This document shows, piece after piece, positions 31,303 to 43,428 of a stretch of 64,000 bases of DNA (position 1 is its first letter; every line of letters starts with the position of its first letter). The notes beneath the pieces are model-generated. The model was given only the letters and a program-made list of their open reading frames with translations, did not search any database and was not told the DNA's origin. Origin of the DNA: the human T2T-CHM13v2.0 reference genome, Homo sapiens; the NCBI RefSeq assembly GCF_009914755.1, contig NC_060928.1, one strand, 5' to 3'. A program made the translations under genes and the position numbers.

Positions 31303-32157
31303 TTCATAATCCCAAATTTTGGACTAGTCTTTGCTCTCTTGGCATTGTATGAATGATGGTTTCATTTTTTTGAGTTTGGTGAGAATGTGGAAGGGATTAT
31401 TTAATTCTCACTGATGTTCATCTAAATTAAGGACTTTCTTACTTTGATAATTTTTACATGTTCTTCTATTTTGTCATAAGGTGGTACTTATTTAACAGAT
31501 GGTATATCAACATGTTAGCACATTGTATATACCCTTGAAGATAAATTCAGGTAAAACTCAAAGTCAAATTTTGAAATCGCTAAGGTTTTCTATACCCTTA
31601 AATTTTGCCCAAGAATGTGGTTATTTCTGTTTCTGTTAGTCACTATATAGAATTTCTAAAAAAAAAATTAATTTGAGCAAAAGTTATTATAAGAAGACAT
31701 AAAAAGTAAAGATTAAATAACTCTACGTTTAAGGAATCAATATATGTTTTTCATTAGAAGAGTTTTACGTAATGTTGTTTGCTTATTTGTCTCATTTTTG
31801 TTAAGTTTGCCAGTGCTGCTCACATATTATTGCAGACTGATTTCCAGTATTAAAATGTAATACTCTAGACTTAGTGTCTTTGAACTTTATCACAAACGGA
31901 ATAAGGCTAGGAAAAGCTGATTAAAGCTGGTTTCACAACCAATCTTAATTGCATAGTAATGCTTAATATCTTCATAAAAGTGTTTTCTCATAAGTTGGTA
32001 AAATAAAATGTACGTCAGAGATATTTTACCTACTAGGTACAGTGGTTTCTCAGATATACTTAGAATCTTTATTCGGGCTCTCCAGCTTTAAATTCACAAA
32101 GTCTACAACTTTGTGTTCTTGGGCAAACCTAATGTACTGCTTCGCAAAGGATATTAT

Positions 32158-32228
32158 ATTATATAATCTATTAATTAATAGATTATATAATCTATTATAT
32201 ATTAATTAATAGATTATGTAATCTATTA
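32158..32228. repeat. Nested AT-rich palindromes
   Basis: Perfect 34-bp palindrome 32158-32191 overlapping a 22-bp palindrome 32176-32197. Confidence 0.9.
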
Positions 32229-32460
32229 AAAATACACCAATTTTTAATGGACTAAAATCTTTAATTGCTTTGTACTTATAAGGAGGAGAGAACAGCTCTG
32301 CTTTCAAATAGCCAGTGATTAAATATTGCACTTGTATTCAGCATTTTATTTGTATTCTGATTCTGGAATATCTAAAATGACATTTATCTTTTGGTATTAC
32401 CCTGTTGTATGTTTTTTTAAAGCACTTTTTGCAAACTGATATTATATCAGTCTTTGTAAT

Positions 32461-32589
32461 ATAAAACCCAGTTGTAATTTGAGCCCATAATTGGAAAATC
32501 TGCCATAGTTATTTACTGTCATAGTTCTAACAATGAATTCATGTCTTGGAAGGTTTATATAATAGAGAGAATCTAGAAAATATTGTGAA
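32461..32589 (+). repeat. Copy 1 of a ~130-bp dispersed direct repeat
   Basis: Matches 33710-33839, with a 43-bp identical core. Confidence 0.9.
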
Positions 32590-32654
32590 TTGACAATATA
32601 ATTATACATATAACTCTTCTATGTGTATATGTAAATATAATTAACTTACTCTTT

Positions 32655-32780
32655 TATAATTTGTCTTTCCCATTACAATGTTACTTCATGAGACAAGAAC
32701 TATGTTTGTTTTCTGTTGTATTCCTAATGAATGGCATATAATAGATGCTTGTTAAGTATTTAATGAATGAACTAATGAAT
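32655..32780 (+). mobile_element. L2 3' end
   Basis: ggcatataatagatgcttgttaagtatttaatgaatgaa terminus. Confidence 0.55.
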
Positions 32781-33159
32781 ACATGTGCATACTGATGTAA
32801 GAATCCATAAGATTCTTCTCTGCATCTGTAAGTTTAGCAGCCTTGTTTTTCTTCTATTTACATGAAACATAATTATTTGCATTTAAATTAACTAGAATGT
32901 TAGTGGGTGTTACACTCTTTATCCTCAATTCCTATCAGAGTTGGGCACTTGATCACCAAAAGTATAAACAATAATTTTAATGGTTAAGCAAGATATATGT
33001 ATAATTTGTTTGCAAGAATTTGTTGTGAATAGGGAAATAGTGAGTACTTAAATTGATTATTCCAAGCAAAATGGAAATACCCATAAAAGTACAAGTTTAT
33101 TCGGACCATTAGTATTTGTACTTTTAAGATTATTGTCTCACAGCGAGACTAGATTTAAC

Positions 33160-33375
33160 AGGCTGTAGTGGAAAAACGTGTAGCCTTTGCTGTTAGACAT
33201 ACCTGGGTTGAAATTCTGCCTCTGTCACTTACTGATTGTTTGATCTTTGGACTTCAAAGCAAATTGAGTTTCAAGTTCTGTAATATGTGAATGTAACACA
33301 TGTAACATGTGAATAGTAATACTTATCTCTCAGGATTTTTGTAAGGATTAATTGAAATTATGTTTGTAGGTTACA
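33160..33375 (+). mobile_element. MIR
   Basis: acctgggttgaaattctgcctctgtcacttact ... aatacttatctctcaggatttttgtaaggattaa. Confidence 0.65.
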
Positions 33376-33709
33376 CAATAAGGGAAAATTAAAATAATAC
33401 CTGTTCAGAAATATACAGGAATTAACAGAATTCATTTTCAACCCAACACAAGAACTACAAAGTCTAGTTGCTATTCTGACAAGAAGCTGCTATGTGAGGT
33501 GGTGAAAGTAACTTGATTTTAGATGTGGTTGACAGAGGATTATACATGACAGTCACAGTGATAGCATGAAACACTAACTTTTTTGTTTCATTTAATGTCC
33601 TTTATGGCTCCAAAATTCTACAAGTCTGTTAATCAAGGCTTGGAAACTATAATATCTACAGTTGTATGGAAATCTAATAACAGAAAATCTGATGGTAAAC
33701 ATAGCCTGC

Positions 33710-33839
33710 ATAAACCCAGTCTTTATAGTTTAAGCCCATAATTGGAAAATCTGCCATCTTCAATTACTGTCCTAGTTCCAGCAATGAATTGTGTCTTGGA
33801 AGGTTTATATAATAGAGAGAATCTAGAAAATATTATGAA
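33710..33839 (+). repeat. Copy 2 of the ~130-bp dispersed direct repeat
   Basis: Matches 32461-32589. Confidence 0.9.
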
Positions 33840-33843
33840 GTAG

Positions 33844-34201
<358 letters not shown>

Positions 34202-34763
34202 TTATCCCATTCTCCTTTATTTATAATATATAATCATTATACATTTAGCTCCATCAGCTTTTATTCTGATGTGTCTTCAAGAAAATAGCTTGTACCATAA
34301 AGTCATGAGATGGATATGCAGTCTAATACTTTCTAACATTACCATTGAGTTAGACTCTCAAAATCATTGATCCCAGCAGTCTCTTGATGGGTAGGGGAAC
34401 CCTGCACTCTTGAAAAGTATATTCTGTGGACCAAATTGTTTCAGCTTCTTAGGGAGCCTATCTGATTTCACTGCAGAGTAGAGAAAATAACCCGTATCTG
34501 CTGATGTTTAGGGTTACTCTGAGTTTCTGGAAGGGTTAGCAGCTGGTTGGTTGAGATCACTTCTGGAGGAGTTCTACCTCAGGTAAGCAGCATTCACTGC
34601 CTCTTGGAGAGAATGGGAGCTATCTCTTCTGGTGGTTGGGATCATGCCAACCTCTCCAGTGTGGAGCAAAGATGACTGATGGGGTACAATTCTGTGTCCA
34701 AGTCTTGGTGAAAATAGGAACGACTTTTCTAGAAGGACTATAAAATCTGAACTGTTTGCTTGT

Positions 34764-35337
34764 TGTGATGGTTAATTTTATGTGTCACCTTGACTGGGCT
34801 AAGGGGTCCCAAGATAGCTGGTAAAACATTATTTCTGGATCTGTCTATAAGGTATTCCCAGAAGAGATTAGCATTTTAATTGGCGTACTGGGTAAAGATT
34901 ACCTCACCCATACGGATAGGCATCATCCAATCTGTTGGGGAACTGAATAGAACAAAAAGGCAGAGAAAGGGTAAGTTTGCTCCCTGTTTAAGATGGGAAA
35001 TTCATGTTCTCTTGCGCTCAGACATGGGCACTCCTGGTTCTCAGGCCTTCAGACTCCAGCTGGGAATTGCACCATCAGCCCCCCAGTTCTCGGGCCTTAC
35101 ACCCAGACTGGGACTGACATCATTGGCTCTCTTGTTTCTTAGGCCCTTGGGTTTAGACTGAAACTATACCACCCACTTTTCTGGTTCTCTAGTTTCCAGA
35201 TAGCTAATCTTGGAACTTCTTAGCCTCCGTAATTATGTGAGCCAATCTCTCATATCAAATCTCTGTATATGGCATATATTTATATTTAAATATATATTTA
35301 TATATACATATATTCCCCTGGAGAACCCTGACAATAC
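34764..35337 (+). mobile_element. MLT2 (ERVL) solo LTR
   Basis: Starts tgtgatggttaattttatgtgtca and ends ctggagaaccctgacaatac. Flanks are cttgt and cttgg. Confidence 0.88.
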
Positions 35338-36608
35338 CTTGGTATGATATCTTACCACGTTTGAGGGAAGAGCTAATTGTGAGGAATTTAGCTACTATTG
35401 GCATCCATACTCTCAGAGAACATTCACAGACATGAATATGCTCATAAAGAGACCGAGAGAGTCTGTGGTGTCATCTGTAGTCCACATGCTTAGGATTAGT
35501 TGGGTTAGGAGTTCAAGACTGTGTCTGATACAGAGGAGGCAAAGTTTAGTTTCCTTCCCACTCTACTAGAGAGCATCAACAGTGGGGCACACTGGAATCT
35601 GTGTCACTCCAATATCTAACAGATACACACACACACACACCAGTGAAGCTCCAGTCCAGCTCAAATTCAACAATATGATGTGGTGGTACTTAACATCCAC
35701 TGAACAACCTAATTCCTAGTTTCAGCCACTAGTGGTGACTAATGTTTAGGACCCAGTACTATGGTAATAATTATTAAAAGAACTTATATTAGGAATTCAC
35801 AGAATTAAGAAGCATTTGCTCATATGGGTACTCCTTTAGCAAGATCTCATTGTCATGATTTAATTTTAAGTGACAGATAGTGAAGGTTTATTTCACAGAA
35901 ATTGCACAAGTGGGCAGACAGTGATAGGAGAGACTCAAAGAGTAAGCCATTCACCCATATGTGTTGGAAGCCTACCACAGACAAATTTATTACATGACAA
36001 CACTCATGATATGATAGGTTCTGTTGAACCAAAATTCCAGGGGCTTTTCATTACACCTCAAATTTTCTGCTTTCTCTGCTCTCTAAATTTCTCTGTAGTC
36101 TGAGAGAAAGATATATATATCTTGTTCTCTCAGGCCTATCTGGACGCCTCAAGGGGATTACACATTCTCTTTTAGCAGTAACTAGGTTTTATATAATTTA
36201 AATTTGAATAGTTTTGAGCATTAATTTCACAAAAAGTGCTAATAGAAGTTTCATAGTTCATTTATTTGGCAGGGGGGTGACTCTCATTCAAACTAATGAA
36301 TATTATGTCCATGTGAGTAATGCATAATTGGAATTGTAATAATGGCTTTAGGTTACTGATGCTTGTATTGCCTCCTATGTCTGTTTTTTCCAGTAATTTT
36401 ATTTTCCTTCTTAATCAGGACACCTGACCCATTGGAGCTATTTAGACATCACTAAGACATTAGTCCTAATTAAGCTATTCTGTAGTGACTGAAAATTGAT
36501 TGATACTTGTTCCTTTGTTTTTGGTACAAACTATGGTATTAAGGAAAACTTTTTTGAAACTTTGGGTTGGCTGGGATGCATACTCTTTCCCATTTTAAGA
36601 ATTCTGCT

Positions 36609-38036
36609 TTCAGTTTTCTGCATATGGCTAGCCAGTTTTCCCAAAATCATTTATTAAATAGGGAATCCTTTCACCATTGCTTGTTTTTGTCAGATTTGTC
36701 AAAGATTAGATGACTGTAGTTGTGTGGTGCTATTTCTGAGGCCTCTGTTCTGTTCAATTGGTCTATATGTCTGTTTTGTTAGCAGTACCATGCTGTTTTG
36801 GTTACTGTAAACTGGTAGTATAGTTTGAAGTCAGGTAGCAAGATGCCTCCAGCTTTGTTCTTTTGGCTTAGGATTGTCTTGGCTATATGGGCTCTTTTTT
36901 GGTTCCATATGAAAATTAAAGTAGTTTTTGTTCTAATTCTGTGAAGAAAGCTAATGGTAGCTTGATGGGGATAGCAATGAATCTATAAATTATTTTGGGC
37001 AGCATGGCCAACTTCATGATATCGATTATTCCTATCCATGAGCATGGAATGTTTTTCCATTTGTTTGTGTCCTCTCTTATTTCCTTCAGCAGTGGTTTGT
37101 AGTTCTCCTTGAAGAGGTCCTTCACATCCCTTGTAAGTTGTATTCCTAATATCCAGAGTCAAAAAGGAACTTAAACAAATTTACAAGAAAAATAAACAAC
37201 CCCATCAAAAAGTGGGCAAAGGATATGAGCAGACACTGCTCAAAAGAAGACATTTATGCAGCCAACAAACATATGAAAAAAAGCTCATTATCACTGGTCA
37301 TTAAAAAAAGCAAATCAAAACCACAACGAGATACCATCTCATGCCCGTTAGAATGGTGATTATTAAAAAGTCAGGAAAAAACGGATGCTGGAGAGGATAT
37401 GGAGAAATAGGAATGCTTTTACACTGTTGGTGGGAGTGTAAATTAGTTCAACCATTCTGGAAGACAATGTGGTGATTCCTCAAGGATATAGAACCAGAAA
37501 TACCATTTGACCCAGCAATCCCATTACTGGGTATATACTCAAAGGATTGTAAATCATTCTACTATAAAGACACATGCACACATATTTTTATTGCAGCACT
37601 GTTCACAATAGCAAAGATTTGGAACTAGCCCAAATGTCCATCAATGATAGACTGGATAAAGAAAATGTGGCACATAAACACCATGCAATACTATGCAGCC
37701 ATAAAAAAGGATGAGTTCACGTCCTTTGTAGGGACACGGATGAAGCTGGAAACCATCATTCTAAGCAAACTAACGCAGGAACAGAAAACCAAACACTGCA
37801 TGTTCTCACTCATAAGTGGGAGTTGAACAATGAGAACACAAGGACACAGGGAGGGGAACATCACACACTGGGGCCTGTCAGAGGGTGGGGTGCTGTGTGG
37901 GGGATAGCATTAGGGGAAATACCTAATGTAGATGATAGGTTGATGGGTGCAGCAAACCACCGTGGCATGTGTATACCTATGTAACAAACCTGCAAGTTCT
38001 GCACATGTATCCCAGAACTTAAAGCATAAAAAAAAT
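36609..38036 (+). mobile_element. L1PA (about PA5-7), 5'-truncated with a 5' inversion
   Basis: Antisense ORF2 piece 36609-37148 ([16 protein letters not shown]...) joined to a sense ORF2 end and 3'UTR (ORF MIDWIKKMWHI...). TSD aagaattctgct / aataattctgct, preceded by TTTT. Confidence 0.93.
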
Positions 38037-38174
38037 AATAATTCTGCTATTGATTTGGGTACTGTTTACTCCAAGGTTTTCTTCTTGACAAAAAAAAAAG
38101 TGGTATATTACAAAAAAACAAGTAACACATATTGTTGCCATTCCAGAGAGCAAAACTTTTCTACTGAAATCATT

Positions 38175-38348
38175 ACATATATATATATATTTTATATATT
38201 TATATATTTTATATATTATATATATATAAAATGTGCATGCGTATATATGTTTACATGTATATGTGCATATATATAATGTTATATATATATTTATATATAT
38301 ATAAAAAAAGTGTGCATGCATGTATATATATACATAGAAAGAGAGAGA
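38175..38348. repeat. (TA)n-rich low-complexity tract
   Basis: Seen directly. Accounts for most of ORFs 37947..38276 and 38019..38486. Confidence 0.9.
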
Positions 38349-39039
38349 AAGGCTGTGCCAAAACCAGAAACATTCTGTTTGAAAACTGGCCTTCATTTTA
38401 AAAAGTATAAAGTCTATTAAAACATGGTTGTGAGTGGATAGTCTGTTTCTTGTTATAGTCCTGGTTTTTGAGGGGAGGTTGTTCAAATGTGCAGTATTTT
38501 TACTAGGACCTTAAACACATACCCCCTGTTAATGTAAAGATGTCCTTATTTACCTGATGGCAAATATTTCTGAAAATTGAGAATGTCCCCCTTTAGTCAT
38601 GCCTTTCTTTCACAATATGTGAAACTCTGTGATCTTGCATTCAAGAAACATTATTTCTAGCTATGGAAAATGAATGGAATAACATTTATTTTCTCCTTGT
38701 TAGTTGGATAGTTCTGTATTTAAATGTTTCATATTTAAAATTATCTGTGTATTGTTTATCAGAAGTGTGCAAGTAATTTAGACCTTGATGATGAGTAATA
38801 TTTTGCCTGTGATTTGAAGTAGCTCCTCTCTAGCACTAGCACTCTGATTATTTCTCTCTAATATAACCTCACATGCACAAAAATTTTTGAAGCTCTATTT
38901 TTTTAAATGGCAAAAATTGATTTATTTCCAGATATGATCTATAACACTAGGTTATAAAATTCATTTTAAGCAGAGCTTATTTTAAGCAAAACTGTATCAT
39001 GTTGAATTAATTTGTAACCATATTTGTAAATATTCCAAT

Positions 39040-40422
39040 TTTTTAAACTTTAAAGTTCAGGAGTACATGTGCAGGGTGTGCAGATTTGTTACATAGGTAA
39101 ACATGTCATGAGGGTTTGTTGTACAGATTATTTTATCACTCAGGTATTGAGACTAGTATCCATTAGTTATTTTTCTTGATCTTCTTTTTCCTCCCACCCA
39201 CCACCCTCCACTTCCAGGCTCCAGTATGTGTCGTTCCCCTCTATGAATACACGTGGTTCTCATCATTTAGCTCCCACTTATAAATGAGAACATGCAGTAT
39301 TTGGTTTTCTGTTCTTGGATTAGTATGCTAAGGATAATGGCCTCCTTCCATGTCCCTGGAAAGGATATGATCTTGTTCTTTTTTATGACTGCATAATATT
39401 CCATTGTGTATATGTACCACATGGGCATTTAGGTTGATTCCATGTCCTTGCTATTGTGAATAGTGCTGCAGTGAACATAAGTGTGCAGGTCTTTAAAATA
39501 GAGCAATTTATATTCCTTTGAGTATGTAACTAGTATTGGGATTGCTGGGTTTAGTGGTATTTCAGTCTTTAGGACTTTCAGGAATTGCCACACTGTCTTC
39601 CATAATCTGATCCCATTTGTCAATTTTTGCTTTTGCTGCAATTGCTTTTGGTCTTCATCATGAAATCTTTGCCCGTGCCTATGTTCTGAATGGTATTGCC
39701 TAGCTTTTCTTCTAGGGTTTTTAGAGTTTGGGGTTTTACATTTAATTATTGAATCCATCTTGGGTTGATTTTTGTATATGGTATAAGGAAGGGATCCAGT
39801 TTCAATTTCCTGCATATGGCTAGCCAGTTATTTCAGCACCTTTTATTGAATAGGGAATCCTTCATTTTTTTTTTTTTTTTTTTTGGTTAGGTTTGTCAAA
39901 GATCAGATCGTTGTAGGTATATGGTCTTATTTCTAGGTTCTCTATTCTGTTGCATTGGTCTATGTATCTGTTCTTGTACAAGTGCCATGCTGTTTTTATT
40001 ACTGTAGTCCTGTTGTATAGTTCAAAGTCAGGTAACATGATGCCCCCAGCTTTGTTCTTTTAGCTTAGGATTGTCTTGACCATTTGGCTCTTCTTTGGTT
40101 CCATAAAAATTTTAAAATAGTTTTTCCTATTTCTCTGAAGAATGTCAATGGTAGTTTAATGGAAATAGCATTCAATCTGTAAATTACTTTGGGCAGTATG
40201 ACCATTATAATGACATTCATTCTTTCTATCCATGAGCATGGAATGTTTTTCCATTTATTTGTGTCATCTCTGATTTCCTTGAGCAGCGTTTTGTAGCCCT
40301 CCTTGTAGAGATCGTTCACTTCCCTTGTTAGCTGTATTCCTAGGTATTTTATTCTTTTTGTGGCAATTGCAAATGGGAGTTCATTTGTGATTTGGCTCTT
40401 GGCTTGACTGTTGGTATATAGG
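39040..40422 (-). mobile_element. Older L1PA, 5'-truncated with internal deletions
   Basis: Antisense 3'UTR and ORF2 (ORF 40065..40433, '...[18 protein letters not shown]...'). 12-bp TSD AAATATTCCAAT at 39028-39039 and 40423-40434. Confidence 0.92.
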
Positions 40423-40504
40423 AAATATTCCAATGTTAGATTAGAATAAAAAATTCTGAAGAAACTTTATAGTGTGGCAATTTTACATATAATAATAAAA
40501 CTCA

Positions 40505-40872
<368 letters not shown>

Positions 40873-43000
40873 TTATCTCCTTTGGTGAAAGTTTGAAACT
40901 AAGGACTCTGAAAAAGAACATTTAAAAATTATAGATTTACTAGTTCTAATTTTAAAAATTAATATTAGATCGTTTTAAATAAAATTTATTGCTACTTAGA
41001 TTTTAATTATAATTAATGTAAAATAATGTACAGTTAAAGATTTCCACAATATCAAAAAGGTTTTAACAAAACATGAATGTCCACATTGTTCCTAATCCAA
41101 AATTAGTAACCATGTTGAAATCCAAAGATTTACTAAGCATTAAATAAGTATATAAATAACTGAAGAAGTAATACAGACTAAAAAACAAACAACAAACAAA
41201 TTAATCCATGTCTGTAGTTTCCGTAAGAGCATAAGTGAACACACACATAAAATCTCAAATTCTATCAAAATTTCTGTCAAATTCCAAATAATTCTGAAGG
41301 ACCCTTTTTCAAGGTGATATTTAAATATTTTTATTCCAAAATAAGGCCTTATTTTTAAGATGCATAGTATTACTATCAATTATTATGTTCATGACACTTA
41401 AGGTTGTCGATATAGGTTCCCCGAGTGTTACTATTTCTCTACTTCTTTTCCCTCTGATTTTGTTGAAGCTACAAATATTTTGAGGACCTGTTATTCTGAT
41501 TTTAAATTGTCAGCATTTCTTCTAGAGTGTTAAATGTCTTTCTAGTAAATTCTCTATAGATTTAATAAATAATCTACCAAAGTTATATAGAAAGCTGAGT
41601 TTTTATAGAGTTCTTTTCAATAAGATAAATGTTTGGAGATGGAGATGCTCTTTTTGAGTAATTAGAGTCACTTTTATTAATCATAGTAATTCAGGTGCAA
41701 AAAATGGCTTTTACTTACTGGTAGTGAATTTTGATTTTTAAAAATTCAATAAATACACTTTTCAGGGTTATTAAATCCTGTTATAATAGTAAAATAATAT
41801 TTCTGGATTTTGAAAAATAAACAAAAGTGAGAAATGAATCTCATTTTTAACATAATTCCACAAACAGCTTGGATTAATATAGGTTGTGCTTTGAAATGTT
41901 TAACTAGTAAAATGAATGCATCTAGCTGAGTATAATCACCCTGAGTAAGTCACTTGATGCTCATGAAGAGAAAAGCACTTATCCACTGAAAACTTTTCCA
42001 AGCAATTCTTAATCAGAAACTATGGGGAGTTTTATTGCTCTGGAGTACCTGAATCAAAGTAGTTTTGTGGTTTTAAATGGAATTGTATTTGAAATGCTTT
42101 GCTTGAGAATTTCTTCTTTTGATTCTTTCAAGGTTGATATGAATCTATATCCCAAAATGAGATGAGAAATCTATCAGTGACAGGCTTATGCATTTTAGAA
42201 TGTCTGATTATAGCCATTTGGAGCTGTAATATGATTTGAATAAGTGCACTTTCATTAAATAAGAGACAGTCTTTTTTAGGATTGTGGGGGAAATTGCATA
42301 TTTCTTTCTCTCATGTAAAGTGTTACGTTTATGTATACTTTTTCCTTCCAAGGCAAATTGGAAATTGGATAATTATTCTTGGGACAAACAAAGTAATTAC
42401 AATGCAGGGGTTGGGTTGTCATTCCAACGTGATTTTTATTTATTGAAAGTCATGAAATAAGATTTGTTTCACCTTCTTTTCCTTTCCGTGGTTCTCACAT
42501 TCTCAGTCTTTTACAAACAAACAAAGAAATTCAGGCCTCCTAAATGCTATTTATTTTCTAGCTGTTGGTGTTAGATAACCTAATTATACAATAGTCTCTT
42601 CCAGACATTTTCTTTTTCTTATAGCTTATAGCTCTCGTGTTAGCTGTATCTACTTTAAAAAATAAATACGTGAACATTTTATTCATTCATATACATACTA
42701 ATGTTTTTCCAAGTAGGCATTATTTTTTCTGATGAATGCGAAACATTTCTGAAGGACCATACATTAAGAAAAAAATTAGCAATCATTTGGTGAAACATCT
42801 CTATCTTACATATATATAGTGCCTAAGTTTTGTGGGTTGAATGGCTTTCTTAAAAAAACCTTTAGTTTGTTAAAAGACTAGACTTCTAGTTAGGTATCTT
42901 TTCCATAGACTTGTCTTCTCCCAATTCCAAAACCTTTACTTATTAGTGATAAATAGTAAAGGAGAAAACGTTTTTGTTTTGTTTTTGTTTTTCATGTGTT

Positions 43001-43428
43001 TGCTATGATGTGGATTGGTTTGTCCCCACAAAAACTCATGTTTAAATTTGATCCTCAGGGTGGGGATGTGTTTGGTTCATGTGAGTGGACCTTTTATGAA
43101 TAGATTAATGCCTTCTCACTGGAATAAGTGAGTTCTCACTCTCGGAAGGCTGGATTAATTCTCATGGGAATGGGTTAGTTCTTGTGCGAAGGGGTTATTA
43201 TAAAGCCAACACCTTGGGTCTTGTCTCTTTGGACATGTCTACTTCCCCTTTGAACTTCTGCCATGTTGTGACACAGCATGAAAGCCCTCACCAGAAAAGA
43301 TGAAGGTGCTGGTGTCATGCTTCTTGAACTTCCCAGACTAAGGAACTATGAGCTAAATAGACCTTTATTCCTTATAAATTACCCAGTCTCAGGTATCCTA
43401 TTAGAGCCCCACAAAATGGACTAAGACA
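43001..43428 (+). mobile_element. MST-type MaLR solo LTR
   Basis: Starts tgctatgatgtgga...gtccccacaaaaactcatg and ends caaaatggactaagaca. Confidence 0.85.

Noticed and set aside
38019-38486. Longest ORF in the track (155 aa)
   Set aside because: It stays open because of (TA)n low complexity, giving YIYI runs.
36916-40433. ORFs with L1 ORF2-like peptides (36916, 37644, 39429, 40065)
   Set aside because: They are fragments of truncated, non-autonomous L1 copies.
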